From sequence record OR770614.1: a stretch of DNA of 64,000 nt, one strand, 5' to 3'. Both the position numbers and the translations under genes were made by a program. Below, one piece after another: positions 27,278-37,730 of this stretch; position 1 is the stretch's first letter, and each line of letters opens with the position of its first letter. The notes under the pieces are model-generated. The model saw nothing but the letters and a program-made list of their open reading frames with translations, was not told the DNA's origin and did no database searches.

Positions 27278-30193
27278 TTAAATTGAACAAGATTCACATT
27301 CAACAATACCTTGAGAGTTTTCATCATGGTCTGGTGAATAAATACGAGTATAATACATAGATTTAATACCTTTACTATAAGCATAGTTACGTAATCTACT
27401 AATATCTCGTGTAGTTGTTTCTTTATCTAAAGAATCTTTTTTCCATTCATAAAGATCTGGATCAAGTTCATTCATTAAATAAATATTCATTGAAATACCT
27501 TGGTCTACATGATATTGAGCTTCTGAATATAAATCAATCATATCTCTCATATCTAATTGATAAGCATTTTTCTTAAAGTATTCAAAGTTTTCAGGATTAA
27601 TACCTGGTGCTGGATAGAAAGTAGTACCTGTTTTACCTTCAACACGTTCTTCAATTAATTCTACAATAGGATGAATAGAAGGTGACACTTCTCTAACATA
27701 ACCAATAGAACCATTAGGTGCTACAGCTAATCTATTTTGATTGTATAAACCATCCATTACAATATTATTCTTCAATTGTTCCCAATCAGAATCAGATGGA
27801 ATAAAGATATCTTCAAATAATTCTTTAACTTTTTCCGTACGTGGTTGAATATTTTTACCAATATAACGTTTATCAAAGTAAGAACCATCAGCATATTCAG
27901 TTTTTTCAAATAAATAGAATGATTCATCTTTTTCTTTAGCAATTTTATTTGATTCAAATAATGTCCAATAGTTTAATAACATGAAATAAATATTAGTGAA
28001 ATCTTTAGATTCTTCTGATCCATATTGAATATGATTTTCAGCTAAATAAGTGTGTAATCCCATTGCACCTAAACCAACTGTATGGAATAAATCATTAGCT
28101 TTTTTAACTGTAGGTACAGCTTCAATATTAGATTTTTCTGCTACTGAATTTAAACTTCTTAACATAGTCCCAACTGATTTACCAAAGTCTTCTGATTTCA
28201 TTAAACCAGGTACAATAGTTGAAGCTAAGTTACATGAAACATCTGTTCCTGTTTTAACGTATTGTTGATTATCGTCAACTAATGAAGGGTATTGTACTTG
28301 TAAAATTTCACTACATAAGTTACTCATTTTAATTGTACCATGACTAATTGGATTAGCTCTATTAGCAGTATCAATATTAATGATATAAGGATAACCAGAC
28401 TCTTGTTGTAATTTACTAATAGTAGTTTCTAAATCACGAGCATACATTTTTTCTTTACCAATACGTTTATCATCTACAAAGATATCATAGTAAGTATTAA
28501 AGTCAATACTATCGAAATCTAAATCATAATATTTTTTAATATCATATGGACTAAATGTATATAATGATTTATTTTCTTTAACTAGTTGATAATATTTATC
28601 TGGAACTGTTAAACCTAATGAAATAGTTTTTAATCTTACTTTTTCATCAGCATTTTCTTTCTTAGTATCTAAGAATTTTATTATATCTTTATGGAAAATG
28701 TTTAAGTAAAGTGCACCTGCACCATTTCTCTGCATTTATGTTAACTGTATTAATGTAATACAGATCAGACTATGTCTTATTATTCTTCTCTAATTCATAA
28801 TGGCATTTTTTACAAACTGTAATAACATTTTCATCATAATGTGCTTCATTAGGATCATTAAATTTTATTATAGGTATAATATGATGTATTTCTAAGTTTT
28901 CTTTAGAATTACAGTTAGTACACATATAATTATCTCTTTTCATGATCTCTTTTCTACGTCTTCTATAAGTTCCACCGTATCTTGTTGGATTTTCTTTAGA
29001 ATAAGTATAATTGGCACATCTATCAGAACAAAAGTATCTCTCTTTATTATTAGCAAAAGTTAAAGAAGGTCTAGAGAATGTTTTATTACAAGTAAAACAT
29101 TTTTCTTTTCTTAATTTTCTTTTAGCTATAACAGAAGCACATTTTTTTGAACAACTGTCAGATTCTTTATGAGATGTTCTAAATTCATTATTACAAATAG
29201 TACAAATTTTTAAATAACGTCTATTTTTACAATTTTGAGAACAATATACTTTAGATTTATATTTTGTTTCAAAATTCTTACTACAAACAGGACATTTTTT
29301 ATTTTCCATTATTATCACCTCAAATCATTATTTGAGAAGAATAATTAATATATTTAGTCGTTGAACAACTTTTTTAAGTTGATGCTAATTGGTTTAATAG
29401 AAACGTCTTAGCAATTAATATTATTTTTATTGAGCCATTAAAATTAACCCAATTGATTTACATATGATAAAGTATCTTCAAATACTTTCATAACTGGAAC
29501 TACTCCTGAAGCAGCACCTTCAACGCCTTTAATTGGATCATTGTCAGCACGTAAATTACTTAAAGATACTCCAATTCCTCCACCACGTTTACTTAATTGA
29601 GCAACGTTAGAAATATTTCTATAGATAGATGATAAAGAATCTTCCATAGTTAATAAGAAACAACTTACCAATTCTCCAGAACGTACTCTACCTGCATTAA
29701 GGAATGTAGGTGTAGCAGGTTGAAAAGTGCCTGTAATAATTTCATTAGCAATATTTCTAGCTAATTCTTCATCCCCATCAGCTAAATATAGAGCAACAAA
29801 TAAAATTCTATCTTCATATAATTCTAATAAAATTTCTCCTGCATCATCTTTCATTGCATACTGTTCATAGAATTTTTTAGCACCTAATAAACGAGTGAAT
29901 CTATGTTTATAAGCCATTAATTCTTTCATTAATCCTTTAATAAATTCAAAATCATAATTTTTGATCATATCTACATCAATATAATCATTATCGACTAAAT
30001 AGTTAATTTTTTCTTTATATGTTTTAAAGTATCTTACATTTTTATTTACATTATCTAAAAAGTATTTTTTAACTGAAGCTAATTCAAATTCTAAATCTAA
30101 ATTGCCATCTTTTAATTGTGAACCTCTTGAATTCAATTCATTGTATGAATAATCTTTAAACTTTTCTGAAGTTAAATCTATTTCTTTTGGCAT
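27278..30193 (-). CDS. nrdE: ribonucleotide reductase class Ib alpha subunit, split by a group I intron (exons 30193-29447 and 28732-27278; 733 aa spliced)
   Basis: PATPTFLNAGR, SCFL, NLCSEI, APNGS and C-terminal CESCSI; splicing restores the conserved NQLG|QR. Confidence 0.95.
28733..29446 (-). mobile_element. group I intron in nrdE (714 nt) with an HNH gene in L8
   Basis: P1 UUGGGU/GCUCAA with U.G; P AAUUGCU, Q AAUUAGCAUC, R GUUCAACGACUA, S AAGACAUAGUCU; ends in AAAUG; an 11-bp P8 (28780-28790 / 29334-29344) flanks the ORF. Confidence 0.92.
28770..29309 (-). CDS. intron-encoded HNH homing endonuclease with three N-terminal Cys4 zinc-finger repeats
   Basis: CxxC...CSxxC x3, then CTNC...LEIHH...N...CKKCH; GAGGTG RBS before MENKK. 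Confidence 0.9.
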   Translation of the reverse strand: MENKKCPVCSKNFETKYKSKVYCSQNCKNRRYLKICTICNNEFRTSHKESDSCSKKCASVIAKRKLRKEKCFTCNKTFSRPSLTFANNKERYFCSDRCANYTYSKENPTRYGGTYRRRRKEIMKRDNYMCTNCNSKENLEIHHIIPIIKFNDPNEAHYDENVITVCKKCHYELEKNNKT

Positions 30194-30213
30194 TTTATCC
30201 TATCTCCTTATAT

Positions 30214-30636
30214 CTATACTAATTCTAAATCTTTATTTATAATACTAGAGTTATTTAATTCTTTTAATTTTTTATTTAATTCAATATGTTCATTTTTGAT
30301 TCCGAATAATTCTATACCCATTAATAGTTCTAAATTAAAATCATTACATAATTTCTTAGGTGTAGTTAAGAATTCATAATTAAGATTTCTATTACCTGAA
30401 CCTACAATACCAATGCATCTACTTAGATTCATTCCATTACTAAAAAATTTTTTAACATGATTATAAATTGCATGTGGAGTATTATAAGATCCACATATAA
30501 GTATATAATCTTCATCCATTTCTATTTCTTCACAGTTATTTCTATTAAGTTCAATAGGTTCTCCAACTATTGTTCTGTCTAATTTATCTGCAAATTTTTT
30601 ACTATTACCTGTTAAAGTAAAATAAACTAATTTCAT
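30214..30636 (-). CDS. nrdI: flavodoxin-like RNR activator NrdI
   Basis: LVYFTLTGNSKKF, GIVGSGNRN, IELFG; directly upstream of nrdE. Confidence 0.9.
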   Translation of the reverse strand: MKLVYFTLTGNSKKFADKLDRTIVGEPIELNRNNCEEIEMDEDYILICGSYNTPHAIYNHVKKFFSNGMNLSRCIGIVGSGNRNLNYEFLTTPKKLCNDFNLELLMGIELFGIKNEHIELNKKLKELNNSSIINKDLELV

Positions 30637-30731
30637 GAAAATCTCTCCATTTAATTATATTTTCTAAATTCGAGGTTTAAAATAGATCCATCATAAGTTA
30701 TCCTTATGATAGATCATTTTAATTCATATAT

Positions 30732-30935
30732 TTAATATCCTACTTGACGATATTCCCATTTCCAAAAACTACCATCAGATTCAAAAGTATAATTCCAACC
30801 TTCAATACTGAAATTTTCTTTATAAGGTCCTTCGTATAAAGGTTTATCATTTAATTCTTCAACTTGACCATTTTGAATCATTTCAGAGAGTTTTTTATAA
30901 TCTACTGATTCTTTATTTTCAAAGATAGTATTCAT
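30732..30935 (-). CDS. hypothetical protein
   Basis: 67-aa ORF with a GAAAGGA RBS inside the nrd cluster. Confidence 0.7.
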   Translation of the reverse strand: MNTIFENKESVDYKKLSEMIQNGQVEELNDKPLYEGPYKENFSIEGWNYTFESDGSFWKWEYRQVGY

Positions 30936-30953
30936 AATGATAAATCATCCTTT

Positions 30954-31187
30954 CTATAATGTAGATAATACTTGATTTAATTTAGCTGGATCGTTTCCAA
31001 CTACAACGTCAGTACCGAAATCAATTACCGGTAAAGATTGATATCCTTTAGATAAAAGCTCTTCTTTAGCTTTTTCATCTTCATCAATATTAATTTCTGT
31101 ATATTCAATTCCTTGATTACCTAAAACCATTTTACTAAACATGCATTTACTACAATTATTCTTTGTATAAAATTTAATTTCTGGCAT
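30954..31187 (-). CDS. nrdH: glutaredoxin-like NrdH redoxin
   Basis: FYTKNNCSKC...GYQSLPVI. Confidence 0.9.
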   Translation of the reverse strand: MPEIKFYTKNNCSKCMFSKMVLGNQGIEYTEINIDEDEKAKEELLSKGYQSLPVIDFGTDVVVGNDPAKLNQVLSTL

Positions 31188-31225
31188 AACTAACTCTAAC
31201 CTCTTTCTATTTTAATTTTTATAAT

Positions 31226-31978
31226 TTATTTTTGGTATCTAATTAAGATACTATTTATTACTTTGATAAAATTTTCGTTCTGATCTAATTTATTGCCGAA
31301 TTTTCCAATATAATCAACATTTTCAGAAAGAGATTTTATATAATAAGGAGATTTTTCATAATTTTGCAACATGTATGAACCTAATGAACACATAAATTTA
31401 TACAATGAATTTGTTTCTTTGAAACTATCACTATCTAATGCATTTTTTAGATTTTCATAGATCTCTTCTAGATCAATATAATTGTATTCATTATTTTCAT
31501 TTCCATGAATTTTATTATGATTATAAATTTTCATATTTAATTTTTCATTTACTTTTTTAAGTTTATTTTCTTTAACAGGTAATTTACTAATAGTAATATT
31601 ATCTACCATATGTTTAGCTTCTTTACTATCTTTAATTTGTTCAATGATATTTTCAATTTGTTTAGTATCATTAATCTTTAAATCTTTTAAAGGTTTTAAT
31701 CTTTCAGGAATATCTTCATCTTTTTCAAAAGTTAAATCCCCATTAATGAAATCTAATTTCTCTTGATATCTTTGAACTTTAGAATCTACAGATAGTACAT
31801 CATTGATATCAATATTATCTTTACCATAATAAGTTGATAATTCTTTATTAATATCTTTCTTTTTTTCTTCGATTTCTTTTTCTAATTCTTCATTTTCTTT
31901 ATCAAATTCTTCCATCGCATTTTGTAAATCTTTTTCTAATTCTTCAACATATTTATTCTCTTCTACCATTTTTGACAA
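31226..31978 (-). CDS. hypothetical protein with an N-terminal coiled coil
   Basis: 250-aa ORF with an AAGGAG RBS. Confidence 0.8.
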   Translation of the reverse strand: MSKMVEENKYVEELEKDLQNAMEEFDKENEELEKEIEEKKKDINKELSTYYGKDNIDINDVLSVDSKVQRYQEKLDFINGDLTFEKDEDIPERLKPLKDLKINDTKQIENIIEQIKDSKEAKHMVDNITISKLPVKENKLKKVNEKLNMKIYNHNKIHGNENNEYNYIDLEEIYENLKNALDSDSFKETNSLYKFMCSLGSYMLQNYEKSPYYIKSLSENVDYIGKFGNKLDQNENFIKVINSILIRYQK

Positions 31979-31984
31979 ATCTCC

Positions 31985-32785
31985 TTATTTATATTTATTA
32001 ATGAAATAGTACTGTATTTCTCTAAATAATACATTATTATCTTCAAATGTTTCTCTTAATACATTAATAAGATTATTATCAAATCTAACATCAGTAATTG
32101 ATTGTTCTACTAACATTTTATCAATTTGATAATTATTCAATTCAGATTCTTCATCTAAAATTATAGTTTCAATAATATCTTCATTATCTCCAATATAAAT
32201 TCCTTCAATAATATCTGGAATAGAATAAATCATAGCTGTGTATTCGTTATCAATAGTTTTCTTTAAATTGTTATACGATAATGAAGTATTAATATCATCA
32301 TTTAAATTATCTTCATAAGTTTTAGATAAATGCACAATATTTCTTTCAATATAATTAATAAATAGATTATTAATCATTTCTTTTTTATTTAATACAAAGA
32401 AATAGTATAATGATTTAATATACTGAGCTTTATCTTCAACTAAAATATCTTCTGAGAACTCAATAGATAATTGATAAGTATCTTGAATTGATTCTAATAT
32501 TTCATTTAAAATATCATTATAAACTTCTTTAGTTCTATTTAAAATATCATTATCTTCTTTATATCTTTCTAATACAAAATTAAATCGGATTTCAAAGTAT
32601 TCAAAGAAATTCTTATGATGTTGATCAGTATAAAATTGCTTTGTATTAGATTCATGAATTTGATCTTTAATATTATCCACCATAATATCTTCAGAAATAT
32701 TCATAATAATTTCATCGTATTCTTCTTTAACCATTTCTAAATCATCTTTGTCATCAATTAAGTATGTCTTAGTCAAAATTTTCAC
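31985..32785 (-). CDS. hypothetical protein
   Basis: 266-aa ORF; ATATATTAT motif upstream on the minus strand (32811-32819). Confidence 0.8.
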   Translation of the reverse strand: MKILTKTYLIDDKDDLEMVKEEYDEIIMNISEDIMVDNIKDQIHESNTKQFYTDQHHKNFFEYFEIRFNFVLERYKEDNDILNRTKEVYNDILNEILESIQDTYQLSIEFSEDILVEDKAQYIKSLYYFFVLNKKEMINNLFINYIERNIVHLSKTYEDNLNDDINTSLSYNNLKKTIDNEYTAMIYSIPDIIEGIYIGDNEDIIETIILDEESELNNYQIDKMLVEQSITDVRFDNNLINVLRETFEDNNVLFREIQYYFINKYK

Positions 32786-32920
32786 TTCCCATTTATCTTT
32801 TTATTTTTATATAATATATTATTCTGACGAATAACTAAAATTTTCTTTTATCTTTTCTAAAATCAACTCTACTATACAACTTAGTTAATAACATTTTATA
32901 AAAATTTCCAATAAAATAGA

Positions 32921-32950
32921 GTAATGACGAAGTTAATCATCATTACTCTT
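32921..32950 (-). terminator. hairpin downstream of terL
   Basis: AGAGTAATGA / TCATTACTCT inverted repeat. Confidence 0.6.
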
Positions 32951-32957
32951 ATATATT

Positions 32958-35900
32958 TTATTTGAATAAATCCATAATACGTTTATTATTGTTATCTATT
33001 GGTTTTTGTTGTTGACCAAATATAGAATTACTCATATCATTTCCTTCAATAACACTATTGATACGTTTAATTGAAGCAATATCTTTTCTTCTAGCTTCCT
33101 GTTCTTTTTTCATTCCTTCTGCATTTTCACTGTTAGGTGAGAGTTTAGAACCATATTTAACTTTTACAAATTTATTAATATCCTTTTCATAATAATATGC
33201 ATATAAACAGAATAAATAAGACATCATTAAGTCGTCATGGCCACCTGGTGGATGGTCAATACGTCCTTTAATCATTTGTAACGATTTAATTTCTTGGAAA
33301 AGTGGTTTATTATTAATTAAATGTGGTTTTTCTTCAACAAGCATAGATAATATTTCATTTAACATTATATCACGAGATTTTTTAGTTGTATCAATACCAT
33401 ATCTACGAGTTTCTTTTTTAACTTTTTCAGTTTTACTATATCTAGACATTTCATTAAATAAACTTTTATTTTCTACTTGCTTTTCAGCTACACGAGTTTT
33501 AAGCGTATAGAATAAATTAGATTCTAAACCATCATAAGTTATCATATGATCAATTACTGTTAAACCTGCATAGTTACGTTCAGGTATTAATATAGCGTTA
33601 GGTATATAGAAACCAACCAATTCTTTAATTAATTTTCTGAATGTAGGTCCATTAATTACATTATTTTTAAAAGTCATTACTGGTTCCAAAGTAGCTGGAT
33701 CCACTACAGTAAACGCTGTATTATCTCGTCCTAAACCACCAGACATATCAATACCAATAAGCCAATTTTTCTCTGTAATATTATCCATATATTTAATCAT
33801 ATTTACATAATAAGTTCTACCATCAATATTAAATTCAAGAGTATTATATATTTCTTTATTAGCATACATAGATATTTCAGTCATTTGTTCTTCAGAGAAT
33901 AATGAATCATCAGAACTATAAGCCCATTCCAATAATATCTCACGTTTAACTGCTTCTAAAGAACCAATTTGTCTTTTTTGTTTTTCTAACCAATCTTCAT
34001 CTTTACCTAATTCTTTATATGAATATTCTATATACATGAATTCATTATTTGAATTATCTTCCATGTATTTTTCTAATTTAGAATTTCCTTCTTCTTCACT
34101 ATCAATAAAATAATCATATATTTTTTCATTCCATTGAGCTGCTTCATTCATTTGTTGAAAGAAAAATTGCCCTTGAGATGTGTCGAGAGTTGAAGGGGTT
34201 GTGGTGATAAGGAGTCCATAGGGAGAACCGTTTTCTTTTGCAATTCTAGAAGCTGTACTTATTGCTGGTCATTTATGTTAGCTGCATGGATTATCATGCA
34301 GATCAGACTATATCATAATCTTTTTAAGATTTAATAAATTTAGTCGTTGAACATTATTTAATGATGCTGATTGGTTTTTAAACTTTTCAGCAGTTAATAT
34401 TATTCATCATCTATATTTCTATAAAGATGGAGCCTTTTTACTCATTGCTTCAAACATTACTTGATTATGTGGTATAAACGCCCACTCATCAAGCCAAACC
34501 ATAGGTCATTTACGTTAAACTGCATGGATTATCATGCAGATCAGACTATATCATAATTTTAATAATTTTTTCATAGGGATAATTAATTCTTCATTTATTC
34601 TATTCTGATAAGGGAGACGTATCATATTTATTCCTTTACTTCTTATAAATTTATCTTTTTCATTATCTAATTTTTTTATATCTTCAAGAGTTCTTGTGCG
34701 TTTATTTCTTTTATCATTAATAAAAGTTCCATAACCTTTTATATGTCCTTTTCCATCTACTTCAACTACAGTATTTATTTTTTTAAAATAAAAATCAAAT
34801 CTAAAACTAGATCCTTCAAAAGTAACTTCATTCTCATATTCTATATTATTCTCTTGAAGAAATTCAATAATGGCAATTTCTCCTATACTTTTAGAGCATA
34901 CACTACATCTTTTTCTTTTAAGTATATCATCTGGTCTTGTTTTAAATTTGTGTCCACAATCATTACTCTTCAAATAGATATAATCTTTGCTTCTAGTATA
35001 TTCAGTTAACACATTAAATTTATTATATCCAAATATCATATCTAATTCACCTTGAAACTCTTCTGTTGTCTTTTTAGATAATTCTTGACTATCTAATATG
35101 ATATAATTTTCATCATTTATACATCTATTACAGTTTACTGAATTATACTTCTTTCTTTTATCCATTAGAGTAGAAGGCTTTGCAAAATATCTTATATTTC
35201 CACATTTTCCACAACGGAATCTACACTTTTTATTCATTCCATTGAATCCTTCAATATAAGTATAATTAAATCCGAACTTATCTTTTAATTCTATTAAAAA
35301 AGTTTCTTTACCTTTAGAATTCTTGGGTTTTTCTGAATATCTACAATCTTTTCTATTACAGAATTTTCTCTTTAATCTTAATTTTTCAGTAGGTAAGAAA
35401 AAATCTCTATCACATATATTACAATGACATTTAATTGGTTCTTTAGAATTTTTATACTCTCCCAGTATTTCAAATTTATCTCCATTAATATCTTTTATTT
35501 CTTTAAAAGTTTTATTTCTCTGTTCTATGAATTTTTCTTTACTTTTAACACCTTTAGGCATTTTATCCCTCCGTTATCGTACTGATAAAAGAATGTTAAC
35601 AGTAAAAATTATTAAAATTGATTTTATTTAGTCGTTGAACACTAATTAAAGTGATGCTGATTAACTTCATTATTAGTCTTCCAGCAATTAAAAATCTTTA
35701 TGCACTGCATCTACATACGGTGCTACCTCTTCCTGCTTTGTTTGCCGTAATACATTGTATGATATTCATACACACTAGACTATATCTTATAATATTAATT
35801 ATCTCTATATTTAGTCGTTGAACAATCAATTTGATTGATGCTGATTGGTTTAGTATCTTTTTCAGCAGTTAATAGAGTTTAATGAGAGCACGTATTTTAC

Positions 35901-36531
35901 TCTCAGCATTTGTTGGAGGTGATACTGTTTTTATTGTGTTGTTATTACTTGCTAAAGAAAATTCATTAATTTTGTCTCTATCATTTTTATCACCAAAGTT
36001 AGCTAATACATAATCCGGTAAACATTTCTCTTTGAATAGATTTTTTAATCGTTTAAGGTTTTCAGTAGTGTCCGAGTACGATTTATGTGTAAATAACATT
36101 GTATAGTTATTACCTACCAATAACATAATCCATGAATAATAACATACTGCAGAATATGTTTTATAGTGCTGACGAGGTAACATTATTGCAGTATCTAAAT
36201 TATGCAACATACAAAAAGTCATAGCTAAATTACCTCTATGAAGTTCATACATTACTTTTCCACCCGGAACCGGAACTCTGATAACTTCTCTTAAATAAAA
36301 CCATATATTAAGTTTAGCTTCCCTAATAACACGTGTTTTCATTTCATTATCTAGATCTTCATCCCAAGGATCAACACCAATTAATTTCTTATCATATAGA
36401 GTTAATGGCAATCCATAATTTTGTATATTATTATCTTTAAGTTCTTTAGCAACTTTTAAAAAGCTTACATTATTAGTTTTATAATCGTAATAAATTTTTT
36501 TCTTTAATTTTGTTATAGCCATAGTCTTCAT
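32958..36531 (-). CDS. terL: terminase large subunit in four exons (36531-35899; 35745-35717; 34506-~34441; ~34269-32958; ~679 aa)
   Basis: Walker A-like LPRQHYKT, GRG motif in exon 2, Walker B VWLDE in exon 3, coupling motif ITTTP, nuclease IGIDMSGG and HDDLMM. Confidence 0.9.
34270..34439 (-). mobile_element. ORF-less group I mini-intron 3 of terL (~170 nt)
   Basis: P AACUGCUGAAA, Q AAUCAGCAUC, R GUUCAACGACUA, S AUGAUAUAGUCU, td-like P9 CUGCAUG...CAUGCAG, ends in AAAUG; the exact junction is ambiguous by 1 nt. Confidence 0.88.
34507..35716 (-). mobile_element. group I intron 2 of terL (1210 nt) with an endonuclease gene in L8
   Basis: P/Q/R elements at 35625-35685, S/P9 at 34507-34557; a perfect 16-bp P8 (35604-35619 / 34555-34570) flanks the ORF. 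Confidence 0.92.
34551..35561 (-). CDS. intron-encoded homing endonuclease: repeated zinc ribbons plus a C-terminal PD-(D/E)xK / Vsr-like domain
   Basis: Three CxxC zinc-ribbon units; SIGE...FRFDFY...VEVDGKGH; GGAGG RBS; the stop codon overlaps the intron S element. Confidence 0.85.
   Translation of the reverse strand: MPKGVKSKEKFIEQRNKTFKEIKDINGDKFEILGEYKNSKEPIKCHCNICDRDFFLPTEKLRLKRKFCNRKDCRYSEKPKNSKGKETFLIELKDKFGFNYTYIEGFNGMNKKCRFRCGKCGNIRYFAKPSTLMDKRKKYNSVNCNRCINDENYIILDSQELSKKTTEEFQGELDMIFGYNKFNVLTEYTRSKDYIYLKSNDCGHKFKTRPDDILKRKRCSVCSKSIGEIAIIEFLQENNIEYENEVTFEGSSFRFDFYFKKINTVVEVDGKGHIKGYGTFINDKRNKRTRTLEDIKKLDNEKDKFIRSKGINMIRLPYQNRINEELIIPMKKLLKL
35746..35898 (-). mobile_element. ORF-less group I mini-intron 1 of terL (153 nt)
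   Basis: P1 UGAGAGU/GCUCUCA; P, Q, R and S (AAGAUAUAGUCU) elements; terminal G; removal joins NAES to ANKAGRG in frame. Confidence 0.92.
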
Positions 36532-36545
36532 TCACTTCTTTCTTA

Positions 36546-37715
36546 CTATCTTGTCTTAGTATTAAGCCTATTAGAATATTTTATTATTCTTTGAATTTCA
36601 TCTAATTGTTTCTTGAGTTCTTTTTTAACTTCATTAGAATTATTATTGTTACTAATTTCAAATTTTAATGTCTTAATAACTGCATCAATTGAATCTGTTG
36701 GATAATCTTTATAACTTTTAATAAAACCACTCATAGGATATAAAAGTCCTCTCATAGCTTTAGCTATTAAGTTATTAGGTCTTTTTTCAGATTTCATTCT
36801 AAATGCTTTATACACTAAATCATAAAATTTAACCATTTCTACAGAATATCCATAAAGAGCAGGTAATTGGTTGGCAGATCTTTCTGAAAGATTATAATCC
36901 ATAGTAGTTTTTCTATTGAAACTTGCACTTGTTAGTAACATTCCTGTTCCCATAAATGAACCCATTGATATGCTAGCACCTATAAATACAGCAGTTAAAC
37001 ACATTACTAATGTTGACATTGCAAGAATCATAGGAGCCGCTAATACTCTATTTCTTCTAGTGTCAGCTTCTATTTCTTTAGTGTACTTAAACTGTACTGG
37101 TTTATTATCTTTATATTTGAGTTCGAATGTAGGAGTTTTACCACCAGAGAGTACATTAATTTCTACAGGGAAAAATAAATTATGACCTATTTCATGTAAT
37201 AATAAAAAAGTATACATTCTACCATTAAGAGTAGTAAATTCTTTTTGACCTGATTCTTTCTTTTCTATAAAATATCTCAATGAAGATAATTCAATATTCA
37301 CTTCAATTTCTCTAGGTTTAGAATAGTAAATACCATTCTTTTCTTCAATAACAATTTTAGTGATTCCATCTGTAATATTTCTAATTTCTTCAGGTTTAAT
37401 TAATGTGTGTGCTACTGAACCTACCCTAAATTTATCTCTTCCACGCTTATCCGCTTCAATAAATTTTAATTTCATATTAGTGTTAAATAATTTCTTAGCA
37501 ATATCTGATATTCTTTTTGCAATATCATTGTATTCATTCTTATTAATTACATCAAAATCAGATTTTTCAAAATTATACTTACTAATTAATGAATCAAATT
37601 CATCATCTATCTCTCTTAGTAATGAAGTATTTTTACCAAAGTTAAATGCATCTTCATTGATGTTCATTATTTTATTTATTTTATTTAATTGTATTTCTTC
37701 TTTTAAAGATACCAT
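36546..37715 (-). CDS. HEXXH zinc-metalloprotease-like protein with a hydrophobic segment (probable virion head protein)
   Basis: LLLHEIGHN, a long hydrophobic stretch, then SERSANQ. Confidence 0.7.
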   Translation of the reverse strand: MVSLKEEIQLNKINKIMNINEDAFNFGKNTSLLREIDDEFDSLISKYNFEKSDFDVINKNEYNDIAKRISDIAKKLFNTNMKLKFIEADKRGRDKFRVGSVAHTLIKPEEIRNITDGITKIVIEEKNGIYYSKPREIEVNIELSSLRYFIEKKESGQKEFTTLNGRMYTFLLLHEIGHNLFFPVEINVLSGGKTPTFELKYKDNKPVQFKYTKEIEADTRRNRVLAAPMILAMSTLVMCLTAVFIGASISMGSFMGTGMLLTSASFNRKTTMDYNLSERSANQLPALYGYSVEMVKFYDLVYKAFRMKSEKRPNNLIAKAMRGLLYPMSGFIKSYKDYPTDSIDAVIKTLKFEISNNNNSNEVKKELKKQLDEIQRIIKYSNRLNTKTR

Positions 37716-37730
37716 ATAATTTTCCTTTCT

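Noticed and set aside
27278-28735. Independent 485-aa gene starting at ATG 28735
   Set aside because: That ATG is the AAAUG end of the intron; it is exon 2 of nrdE.
34270-34560. 38-nt direct repeats that could be read as a CRISPR mini-array
   Set aside because: They are the P7/P9 ends of two group I introns; there are only two copies, the spacer is coding/intron sequence and no cas genes are present.
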